The notes beneath the pieces were generated by a model. The model saw nothing but the letters and a program-made list of their open reading frames with translations. It was not told the origin of the DNA and did no database searches. A stretch of 64,000 bases of DNA. It comes from Plasmodiophora brassicae. Taxonomy: Eukaryota. The position numbers and the translations under genes were made by a program. Shown here piece after piece: positions 10,309-20,703 of the stretch; positions within the stretch are counted from its first letter, which is position 1, and every line of letters begins with the position of its first letter. The stretch is from assembly GCA_036867785.1 (NCBI GenBank), contig CP145417.1, positions 992,001-1,056,000 of the forward strand, in the 5' to 3' direction.

Positions 10309-11999
10309 ATGCTGGATCGGGCTCGGCCATGCTTCGATGGCGATGCGAAGTCCATCGCCGACCAGAAGACCAGCCTCGATGCGCAACGACTCGATCAGCG
10401 TCGCGCCATGTTTGCCAGGATCGAAACCATTAAAGAGAAATCAGGCAGAATCGCTACCTTCATCAGAGGCGTCGACAGAACCGACGAGAAAGGTCGGTTC
10501 AACATCGTGGCGGTCTCTATCGGTGTCACTGATGGCGCTGGCACAGAGCTCTCCAAGCTGAAGGCAATGATTGAGGACATCGATGAGCACATTGTCGAAT
10601 TCAAACTGAAGCGCGCCGGCGAATTCGACGCGGGGGCCGCTGACCAGGCCAAGCTGGAAGAAGCAATTTCCGCCAGCATGTCCCGACTGGACCACATCGA
10701 TGCATCCTTGTCGGAGACGATATCGGCGCGGAAGGCACCTGCCGCTCCCGCTAAGGTACCCGGCGTCGAATGCGTCCTCTGGTGTGTGGCGACATATTCC
10801 TGAGACAGCGGTCATAGGCACCGGCTCCGGACGCGACGACCGGTGATCCGAAACGAAATGCAATCCTGTCGCAGGTCCAGGCGATCCAGAATCTCATCGA
10901 CCAGGACGGTGGCCAGTATGGCGATTGGGAACCTGCAGATCATCAGTACTGGCTACGGTGAGCCCTCCCGGTTAATCGGCGGCGCGCCCAAACACTCTCA
11001 AACGCTCTGTGTCGGCGCGCAGCCTATGGAATACGCTGGACAACGTCAACGAGATCTGTGAGCGCGGCGCGCAGGAGATTCCCAATCAGTCGTTCGAGAC
11101 GGTGATGGACCATTGCAGGTGGTACGAGCGGTAAGAACGCTCCGGCGCCACACACTTGCAGCAATTCGACTCAATCCAAATCACGCAGGTACACGTCGTA
11201 CCATACTAAGAAGAAAGAGCTGATTGCCGAATGGCGTCAAGCAAAGGAGGTCATACGAGGACGCGGGTTTAGTGTGATCAGGAGTGCCCTGACCGACGAT
11301 ACAGTTGGCGGCTTCGAAGGCGGTTGATGAAGCTGTAACGACATCCAGGCAGATGGATGAGGAAGCGCACCGCCAGACGGAGCGAAGCAAACAAGCGGCT
11401 GTCGAGAAAGAACGCGCGCTGATCAAATGGAAGGTCCGCTCCCACTTACCTACCATTGCGATGCTGCTCATGGGACTGTCTCGCAGGAAGAGAAACGGCA
11501 GCGTGAGATAGAGGAACGGGCCAGGCAGGGCGCCGCACAGGCGAAAGCGGAGAAAGATGAGCGGCGTCGGCACGAAAAGCACCTGCAGGAGCTTCGCGAC
11601 ATGCTCGAGAAGCAAAGGGAGCGGAACCGAGAGAAGGACGATGCCGCCAATAAGCAGATGACGCCAGCCCCGCGCCCAATGATCGATACGAGACGGCTCG
11701 AAGCGCGTAACGCGGCAATGATGATGCGAAGGAAGAAACTGGTGGCCGCCAAACGCCAGGCGGACGAAAGACGAGCGAACAATTTGGCAATGGCACTCGA
11801 GCGACTCGGGACAGTCGTTGAGGCGCACGCCGACCCGAAGCGCTTGCTGAGCGAGACAAAAGCCGCTGCCACACGACGTCTGCTCAACGAGGCTCAGGCT
11901 GGCGAACCGAAATCGACGACATCGAGACCAGTGGCCCAACCGCCCGTCGTCCTGACCGGGAAATCCAAAGCCGTCCCACAATGGCGAAAAGGCATTTGA
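10309..11999 (+). CDS. Multi-exon coiled-coil protein, CCDC112-like
   Basis: Coiled-coil exons in ORFs 10288, 11305 and 11427. C-terminal DPKRLLSETKA and AVPQWRKGI resemble the CCDC112 tail. Exon boundaries are approximate. Confidence 0.6.
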
Positions 12000-12160
12000 C
12001 AATGGTATAATAATTCGTTCCCGTTGCTAGCTTTGAAGGTGCAGAAATGCACAGCCCAATCGCCGGTCGAACAGGGCTGATATATCGATCCCGAAGGGAA
12101 ACGATCCTGCTGGGAGAGCCTGGCATTAGGGGTTACTGTACGTTCATGGAAAGAGCGGGC

Positions 12161-12835
12161 TTAGATGACCTCGGCGAGCTGGACGAGTTCGCCGATTTCA
12201 TCGGGGGACGCATCCGACTGGGGGCGCGATCTGGACGGCAACCGAAAGAAAACAAAGGTGAGAGCGGCCAGGCCGATCAACGATATGAAAAAGGTGATGA
12301 AGACCAGCTTGTACTCATCGAAGAGGTGCAGGGCCTCGGCGCCGTATTCGCGGCCGATCCAGCCGATTAGCAGGAATCGGAACAGGCGCCCGACGAACAG
12401 ATTCGGGACGAACACGCTCATGTGAACATGGGCGCATCCGGCCACGATGACCATGGCTTTCTTTGGCGTCGGAGGCGGACCGAACGCGGCAATGAACACA
12501 AATAGGGCGGCACCCGAATGCAACCAATTCCGCATGCGCTGGTAATTCGCGGTGGATACGCCCATCTTGCTGAGCGCCCATTGCCCTCGACTGGACCCCG
12601 CATGATACAACGCGATCGACCCAATCGTCGACGCGGCGGCGCATAACGCCGCCAGCAGCACGATCGGGACCGTCGTGCGATACCCGAGGACGAGGACGGC
12701 GGCGTCCGGCCCGCCCATGGTCGGTATGCCCGCCGAGTCCAGCGCCGTCACGAACATGGCGCCGGCAACGCCCCATTCGGCCATGAAGGCGCCGACAGCC
12801 GGGTCCGGCGTCGTCGCCGCCGCCGCCGACGCCAT
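12161..12835 (-). CDS. DedA/VTT (SNARE-associated Golgi, YqaA-like) membrane protein
   Basis: Hydrophobic helices; ASTIGSIALYHAG, PPPTPKK..VIVAG and GRLFRF motifs. Confidence 0.8.
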   Translation of the reverse strand: MASAAAATTPDPAVGAFMAEWGVAGAMFVTALDSAGIPTMGGPDAAVLVLGYRTTVPIVLLAALCAAASTIGSIALYHAGSSRGQWALSKMGVSTANYQRMRNWLHSGAALFVFIAAFGPPPTPKKAMVIVAGCAHVHMSVFVPNLFVGRLFRFLLIGWIGREYGAEALHLFDEYKLVFITFFISLIGLAALTFVFFRLPSRSRPQSDASPDEIGELVQLAEVI

Positions 12836-13056
12836 TCACGTGCGCGGTGGTGGCCGCCACGACGCAACGCGACGCCCGACGACAAACCCCGCACGTCCAA
12901 CGGATAACAAATAGTAACAATGACGAAAATGAGTCACGGGCGCCCCGGCCCGTCACCCGGCGCTGCAGTCTGCAGTCCCGCACGGCAGTGGCGTCACCAT
13001 GCCCGCCCAGAACGACATATCGCCCCAGCGGCGTGAATCACTGTCACGTTCCGACG

Positions 13057-13361
13057 ATGACGATGAGGGTGGCGATGGTGGCGTTTCTGCTGGGCCTGGT
13101 CGTCATCGGCGGGACCGTGGCCGGATGGGGCATCGGGACCGAGTTCGACACCGACCAGGACGACGACATTTACGACGACCGGGAGCAGTAAGTGCAGTGG
13201 TCCGGGGCCGCGTGCTCGGTCGAGAGCTGACTGGAACGGCGTATAGCAATCACGGCGGTGACCACCACCATTACGTGCGGTCGACTCACAACCACCATCA
13301 TGAGGAGGGGCACGGTAGTCCCTTCGGCCTGCACCACGACGTATTCGGCAATGTGTTCTAA
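13057..13361 (+). CDS. Small secreted acidic/His-rich protein (81 aa; intron 13188-13246)
   Basis: Signal peptide MRVAMVAFLLGLVVIGGTVAG. GTAAGT donor, GCTGAC branch and TAG acceptor join DDRE to HNHGGDHHH in frame. 12 His in the C-terminal half. Confidence 0.72.
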
Positions 13362-13417
13362 ACGATTGCGTTGTTTGGTACATTCAACGTTAGCACGTTG
13401 GAGTTGTCTTCGCGGCG

Positions 13418-14104
13418 TTAGCCGGCGCCCCAATCGAATGCAGGTGCGGCAGTGGGCGCCCTGTTGTTGAGACGAACGGAAGCAGGTTGCAGGGCGTGAG
13501 CCCAGCCGGTCAGGTGCGGCAAGGCCCACTTTGCAATCTGGCGAAGCAATGCATAGTCGCCCTTCTTGAGGACGATCTCGAACTGGCGTTGCTCGTTGTT
13601 GGCAAGGTCTGTGATAGCTAGCTGAACATTGCAACTGCCATCGGCCTGCGGCAGGAAGCGGATCTCGCGAGCTGATTTCGGGGTGATCACCGCGGTCGGC
13701 TGCTCAGAGCCGAACGTGTCGTTGGCAGGTGTTGCTGGCGCTTCAAGGGACCTCTCGGAACGGCTGAACTTGACCGGGTTCGTCGGGAAATCAGTGATTT
13801 CGGCAATCTCGTTGCAGCGCAGGAAGATGGATTCCTTGGTTTGCCAATCCCACCGGTCGTCCTGGTCCTTGGCGGTGAACTCACAGGTTAGCGATCCGGG
13901 CGTGGACACGGTCATGTACGTCGACTTGCGGGTTAGCTTCAGCGGGATCGGCTGGATCGTCATGCAGGTCTCCTGCGACCAGAACGTGACAGGCGCGAAG
14001 ACTCGTTCCGGATTGAACGACCCACCGCCTTCGAACGACGACAGGACCCGCCGCGATACCGCATTGAGCGTGTTCGCCGCTCGGCAGCGCACCGCACTGA
14101 ACAT
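13418..14104 (-). CDS. Whirly-family ssDNA-binding protein with a likely mitochondrial presequence
   Basis: Arg/Ser-rich N-terminus. GSLTCEF..DDRWDWQTKESIFLRCNEIAEI and GDYALLRQIAKWALPHLTGW parallel the plant Whirly motifs (YDWSRKQVFSLS..E; GEFAV..FILPYLLGW). Confidence 0.75.
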   Translation of the reverse strand: MFSAVRCRAANTLNAVSRRVLSSFEGGGSFNPERVFAPVTFWSQETCMTIQPIPLKLTRKSTYMTVSTPGSLTCEFTAKDQDDRWDWQTKESIFLRCNEIAEITDFPTNPVKFSRSERSLEAPATPANDTFGSEQPTAVITPKSAREIRFLPQADGSCNVQLAITDLANNEQRQFEIVLKKGDYALLRQIAKWALPHLTGWAHALQPASVRLNNRAPTAAPAFDWGAG

Positions 14105-14179
14105 CGCTCGAAGGCAGTGACAGACGGGACACCCGTTGCCCGTGGCGCACTCCGCGCGCTACAAGGCTGACACTCGGCA

Positions 14180-14316
14180 GCTGCAACTCGCCCCAGTCAG
14201 ATCTGCACACTGTAGCTGCAACTCGGCCCAGTCAGATCTGCGCACTGTAGCTGCAACGCGCCCCAGTCAGATCTGCACACTGTAGCTGCAATTCGCCCCA
14301 GTCAGATCGGCACACC
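14180..14316. repeat. 35-bp minisatellite, about 4 copies
   Basis: Unit GCTGCAACTCGCCCCAGTCAGATCTGCACACTGTA, upstream of the Whirly-like start. Confidence 0.9.
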
Positions 14317-15070
14317 GCCGCTCTGACGTTGCTGTTCCAATGCCGCGAGGGTACGCCCAGTCAAACCGTCAACCGCTGGCAATCCACCCTGCTGAATGTC
14401 CTAAGTTCAGACCGATGTTCCAAGGTGCCGCGTTCTGGGAGCAGCTCCCGTTTTCCTGGCACACACCTTATGAATGCGGCCTTACTGGACACGACGACGC
14501 CTTGGACAACCAGATTCGCACCTGGTTCGATTCCGATCAGCACTAGGAGGATGGCAATCTCGTTTTCTGTGCTCGCTTGCTGCTCCATTACGATCCGGGA
14601 TGCGGCATCTGGGCCGCGATGAGGTCGTCGCTTTTCGCGACGAACTTCTGCCGACGATGAGGGTCGATCAACGCGCTCTGAATGTCATGTGTTGCTGGTT
14701 GAGCACGGCGCTCCGATCGTATTCCGTAATATCATTCTCTAACAGCAATTGCAGGGCGTGACTCACAAATCTGCGTCACTTGGGGCATCCGTTTGGATCA
14801 CTTGCGCGACAGGTTGTTGAACTTCTTGACATGGAGTTGGGACACGACCTGATCTGCCTTTTCTACGAATATCAGACTGCTGTATAGAAGAAGGCAGTAT
14901 AGATGATCCCCATGCTCACACCAAGCCGGGAAACCGTCTGTACTAACGACATAAACCATTGCGTTTAGATCCGAGACTTCGAGGACGTATGAAAGGTGTG
15001 GACACTCATCGTTAGCTGTGCCTCCGTCAACAAATGCGTCGGCGTGTATTCCTATTGCATACTGTCGCGG

Positions 15071-15640
15071 TCAGTTCTGCGATTTCGCAATGTCAATGGC
15101 CATTTGACGGATCTTGCTGAGACTCAGTGCGGCCTTGGCGCCCCAGCCTTTGGCTCCGCCTGCGACTTCAGGGCGGAATTCAGTGTACGCCTTATACGAG
15201 GCCTTCTGCAGGGCCTCGTTCGACTTGTAGGCCTGCGCCAACTGACGCATGGCGTTGATAACGTCCGGAAGGCGATCTTTAAACGCGCGGTCGATGTAAT
15301 GCTGGACATGGACGGGATCGATTAGGTCGCCTTCGCTGTTGACGGCTCGAACTTCCCCGGTCTGCTCATCGACAACACGGACGGGAATCTTACGACCAAG
15401 AACAGTGGCGAACTGATCGGCGCGGCGTTTGCGTTCGGCGCGCTCCGCTTCGGTCAGTTCGTGCTCTTCGTATAGCCCGATGCTAACGCCCTTGCGATGC
15501 GCGAACGTGCCCGCGATCCAATTTCCCATTGTTAGCGCGGCATCCCACGAGTACCCCGAGGCTTCGGCGACGACCGCCGCCCAGACCGTCAGGACTGGGG
15601 CGCGGTTAACGACAACCGAGTCGCTGCCTGCACCTGACAT
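15071..15640 (-). CDS. Conserved uncharacterised protein (NRAPVLTVWA...FRPEV...GWGAK type)
   Basis: Intronless ORF. The motifs recall an uncharacterised family I recognise from bacteria and fungi; no function assigned. Confidence 0.65.
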   Translation of the reverse strand: MSGAGSDSVVVNRAPVLTVWAAVVAEASGYSWDAALTMGNWIAGTFAHRKGVSIGLYEEHELTEAERAERKRRADQFATVLGRKIPVRVVDEQTGEVRAVNSEGDLIDPVHVQHYIDRAFKDRLPDVINAMRQLAQAYKSNEALQKASYKAYTEFRPEVAGGAKGWGAKAALSLSKIRQMAIDIAKSQN

Positions 15641-16420
15641 TGCACCCGACGAAACCGAGCGCAATGAATCCTGGAATCTGCGCTCCCACCTAATTTCGTC
15701 CTTCTGTGCCCTCCAGTGGCTGTTACGACTTTCCGTCGTCATACAATCAGCTGGACGTCCTTCGTCTTAGTATAGGCAAGTGTTGTTGTTTTCGCCTTTC
15801 GGCGCTGCACAGGACATCAGGGCGTTCAGAGCATGGTGAGTTTCATCGTCAGCCAGCTCCTCTATCGATGCCCGCTTGTCTGGCTTGTGGGACTCGGCTT
15901 GCCAGATCGCAGCATGGTTCAGTGCCACGGCCAAGGTGGCAGCCTGTTGAACGTTGGACTACTGGCCTTTGTTGCTTTGTGGCTGAAGTCGAGAAGCCAG
16001 ACATAAGCACGGTGTAATCGAGGGCCCGGCCGACGATGAAGGTCACGATGCCTGCCGCGTCGAGTCGCGTCAACGGCTTCGAGCATCATGTTTCGGAACT
16101 GTCTAAGTCCACGACTTGGCCAAAGAACACGCGAGCGGGATACGCTGTGTGCCTGCTGTTGAACACAATGCGACTGGGCAAGAAACCCGCCGTGTCGATC
16201 GGTGTACCCCAGACAAGTTGTTCGAAGCCGCTGTAGAAGATGACGTAATTGTACGGTGCACATCTGTAGGCATACCTTACGTAATACGGTAGGGGTTTAC
16301 GCGACGAACTGGGACGACGGCACGATGGTGACGCTGTGCATCCCGTCGGATCGGGATTAATTGGTTGAGTGATCGCTTGCTTCGATCAGTGTTGTCGTGA
16401 CAGTAGTATCGCGCCGAACA

Positions 16421-16603
16421 CATGTGGCGGCGTCGACCCGACAGCTTCCCTGCGGGCCCATCAACGTGGCTGAACGGAGCCATCGCGACCGCGCAACGGC
16501 TGAGGGCCAGCCGGGACGATGTCGAGAACTAGGTATGTACGTCGTCAGTAAGCTGATGCCTGATGGACCCGCAGGGTAGCTGTCGGGCCGACGCCACCAC
16601 ATG
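16421..16603. repeat. 43-bp inverted repeat (4 mismatches), 97-bp spacer
   Basis: 16421-16463 is the reverse complement of 16561-16603. Confidence 0.85.
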
Positions 16604-18164
16604 GGCCCGCTCGCAGCGGCGAGTCCATCAGCTTGCCATCAGCTTACTGGCGACGTCGTTCTCGATATCATCCCGGCGGGCACTCAGCCGTCGCACGGTC
16701 GCGATGGCTCCGTTCAGACACGTTTTCTCCTCTTTGTGTTTCCAGGGGCCACTCTTGCACTCCATTAGGGATATCTTGATCGGCAGTTGGCGACGGCCAT
16801 CCCCTTCGAAGCCCTCGCGCCGGTCACTACTTTCATAGCGTCCTCCGGTGTCGTACTCGTTGTCGCCAATGCCGCTGCCGTGTGGCACGCTCAATGCGCC
16901 TCCCCGCAAGGGTGCCCGTCTGGTTCCGAGTCCTGCGACGACCCTGGCGCTCCTATCCTCCCTCGCACTTGTTTCTTGGTTGTCCCACTCCGGCGGCGGC
17001 GCCGCCCGGTTCCCTGACAACCTCCTTGATCTCTTCCACGTCCAGCCCGAGCGCTGCGACCGTTGCATCCGTGGCCCCGTCGACCGCTTCTAGCCGCGCC
17101 AAGATCACGTCCAGCGTCGTCTGGATTCTGACCATATCCTCGACCTTGACCCGGATGGTATGCGCGCCTGTGCCATCACCACCACCAACGGTCTGCGCGC
17201 CTGCGCCAACACCGCCGTTCTCGGTCGCCATCAACCCGAATTGTTGTCGAGATTGTGTGTGCTGAGCACGCGATCTGGGGATTGCGTTAGACACGTGCAG
17301 GCGCTAACCTCGCACCGACAGCAGGACCGAAAGCCTGTATGTATACGATCTCGACAACAATGACGGCCGCTGGACAGCCGCCACGGATCCCGTCACCGAG
17401 GTCGGCAGTGGGAAGTGCGCCGCAGTTCGAAACGTGTCTAAGCTCATCCATAAGCGAGACGGGTCAACCGTACGTCGTCGTCCTGAGTTCAGAAATATAG
17501 ACACGACGTTTGCTAGCATGATTATACACGCACGCCTGCTACCAGGGTGCCGTTTAACGTGCATAGACGCGCGTTGTGTCCGTTGTGATGACTGCTTGTA
17601 GTACCGGGCCGGCAACACATCTCGATATAGGCAGGACTTCTACAGTCATACCAGCCAGCATCGCTATTTTCATCAGGGCCCAGGCAGCGGGCAGGTTGGG
17701 TTGTCGCCGAGCGTGCCCGACAAATACCTACATACCTCTTGGTGTGCCGCTAATTTCGGATGGCGGCAAGGCCACTTGAGGGTGGCTCGGCAAGGAGCGC
17801 CGCGCCAGACGGCCGACAGGAACGGCGCGGTAATCCGATCCGTTGCCGGCGCTGGACAGTCCGTGGCGGCGTCCTTGCACGGCGTGGCGGAACTTGAGGG
17901 CCGCCCGGGATCAACCCGCCGATCCGGTCCACCGCGATGGCAAGTGGCAACCGGCCCGATCCAACTCGTGGCCGTCTAGCCATCGTCGACAACCTCCACG
18001 CGATTTAACCAGGTCGAATGCTGTTGCCGTCGACCGGCTGGCGTCCTCGCTGCATGATATACAGGCCAACTGGGCTGCTCACTGCAGTGACATGTGTTAT
18101 ATTAATATACAGTGATGATGGCATTGCTAGTATGTCGTACGCTAAGAGGCCGTCGGCTGGAATA

Positions 18165-18671
18165 TCATGCGACGATTATCGGTTGCTTGTCTTGCCAGGA
18201 CGATTCAGGCTTCCACAGCGACCTGCAGGTCAGGTTGATGATGACGCTGACGAGCTGAGATATGCACTCGGGGCGCTTCGATACGAACGCGTTCATGCCT
18301 GCCTGGACGACGGCTCCCTGTACCAGCAGGATGTTCTCGCCGCTGACGGCGATAATCGGCACGGTCGGGTGCCGCTGTCGGATGGCGGATGCGGCTCCCA
18401 GGCCATCCAGCTTCGGCATGTCCAGGTCCAGCAGAACGATATCGAAGACGTGCGCCAGCTCGTCGAACGCGCGTACGGCCTGCTCGCCATCCTCGTAGTC
18501 GTACACGATGGCGCCGGCATCCACCAGTCGGCGCTTGACCATCTTCCTCAGGATCGGCGAATCGTCGGCGTACAGCACGTGCAGTCCGTCGAGGCGCGAC
18601 GCCGGCTCAGCGACCGACATTGACCGGAACAGGGACTGGATCAGCGTGCGAACGTTGCCAACCATCATCAC
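18165..18671 (-). CDS. Stand-alone response-regulator receiver (REC/CheY-like) domain protein
   Basis: VLYADD, phosphoacceptor in DIVLLDLDMPKLDG, IIAVSG, AGMNAFVSK. Confidence 0.88.
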   Translation of the reverse strand: MMMVGNVRTLIQSLFRSMSVAEPASRLDGLHVLYADDSPILRKMVKRRLVDAGAIVYDYEDGEQAVRAFDELAHVFDIVLLDLDMPKLDGLGAASAIRQRHPTVPIIAVSGENILLVQGAVVQAGMNAFVSKRPECISQLVSVIINLTCRSLWKPESSWQDKQPIIVA

Positions 18672-20703
18672 TGGCGTTACAAACGGATCACACCCAATAA
18701 TTGGTCTGGCAGCTGGCCTCGGCGTCGTGACTCAACTTGCCATCCGGGCCTTTGCACTGCGCAATTTTGCGGCGTTGCGCGCGTTGTTTTGGCTGTGCCG
18801 GCACGGTTCTAAAAATATCCGCCTGCGAATTCCGGATAGCACCGAGCCGATGCAGAGCTGCAACCTGGCTGGTGCGCCTTGTAATCCGGACCGCTCTACA
18901 ACCTGGACCTGTACGTGCATCCTGCAACGGGATGGAGGTGGACACAACGACGCCGCAATGTGCGTCCTGACATCGCCGTCGCTTCCGCGGCTGGACGTCA
19001 TTGACGTGGCCGATGGAGGTATGGCAGGCTTCCGCAGCAGTCGGCCGTGAACCAAACGAGCAATGTGCGATGCGAGCGATGATCTGCCATCGACTCGTAT
19101 CTGGGGGCTTTACCGCGTTCCGAGAGGAGTATCGGCTCTTGAGATATGCGATTCCGGACTTTTGTCATATTTCGACCAAATATGTCGCCATGTGACCCCA
19201 ATATGCCATCATGCGACATATTTGGTGCTATAAATAGACCCGTGTCATTCCAATGAAGGTTCCCGAATGTATTCTTTAGATCCAGCCCATGCGCGTGCAC
19301 TGTTTGACTTGCAAGGATCCCTCCAAAGAGAAATCCGTGAGACAAGCTGCACGCTCGTCCGATTTCTGGTCTTTCAGTATGGAGAAGTCTGACTCAACGA
19401 CTGAAGTATTCGCGAAGACGGACGCAAGGCCACCGACGAACGCGCACAGGTCTGGGTAATATCGGCCCAAGTCCTCGCAGGACCATGCGTCGTCGAACGA
19501 CACATCCTTGCGTTTGGTACCGTCTGGTCCAGGTGCGTGTAGTCGGTTCAAAGCGTCCTTCAAGTCGGACTGGCGACGGTGTCGTTCTCTCAGTTCACGA
19601 TGCTGCCGTGAGATCTTTTCAATCTTGTGTAGGTCCCATGTCGACTCGAGTCTATCGTGGAACTTGTCGATTAGGTAGACGAGTTTGCGTGGCTCGATCT
19701 CAATCAGGTCAATTGGGAGAATCGGGAACCTTTCGGTCGGCATGGCTGCATTCATTTCATCGCGCTGGGCGCTGATGCCCTTGATCTTTGTATAGGTGTC
19801 AACGAACATCTGGGCGATGCAACTGAACACTCTTTCGCGATCTTCGCCCTGAACGGCAGGGATGACCTTCTTGAAGATATGGGTTCCACCGTGATCAATG
19901 AGCAAGCCCTCAATGTGGTTTCCGGAAACGACATACCCATTGTGGCGTATCGTGTTCGATTCAGACGATGACTGGCCGGGTTCATCACTGTCGTCATCAG
20001 ATCCGCCGCCTCCAGCACCGATGCGCTTGATCCAAGCCAGCTTCATAATTTTCTCAGCCAGCGATTCGACCTCGTCTGCCTGCTCGTTGACAGTGGTCTG
20101 TCGTCCTTGTAGTTTCCTCGTTGATTCGTTAATCGTCTCTGACAGCGCGTTCACCGCGACAACGAGCAGCTGGACGTCGGGGGTCATCTTGTTTCCACCA
20201 GGCTTATCGTCAAGCAATGCCAGGATCTCCGTCAAGTGGTCGAGGAAGAATTTGGTAACGTTGAACATCGACGCCCAGCGCGTCTTGGACAGTGAAGGAC
20301 AAGCTTTGCCAAGTCTAACAGACACAGACGGCTGATGCAGATACGCTATCATCTTTGTCAACGTGGAAAAGAACGCCCCACTATATAGCAAAGTATACGC
20401 AGCCTGCATCACAAGGTCAATCTGATGCAAGGCGCACCAGACCCGAATAAATCCAGGCTTAGCCACCTGACTCAGGTGCGTTACGACACCGGAAACGTGC
20501 CCAGTCATGTTCGCGGCACCGTCGGAAGAGCACGCCAGAAGCTTATTCTGCCAAGATCGGCAGAGAACACCAAACAATTTGCAGACCATGTCGAACATGG
20601 CCAGGCCGGTGTGACTTTCGAAGAATGGCACGGCCATAACATGAAGGTTGAGCTGGCGACCTTCAAAGCAGCAGCGAACGCGAACGTCGATGTACGACGT
20701 ACC

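Noticed and set aside
14329-14950. Short ORFs, and similar ones at 9286-10160, 15850-17300 and 28900-29500
   Set aside because: Interrupted by stops and no recognisable domain; possibly decayed genes or TEs, but I cannot support a call.
18165-18671. Bacterial contamination or a two-component operon
   Set aside because: No kinase partner or operon structure; it is embedded among intron-containing genes and eukaryotic TEs.
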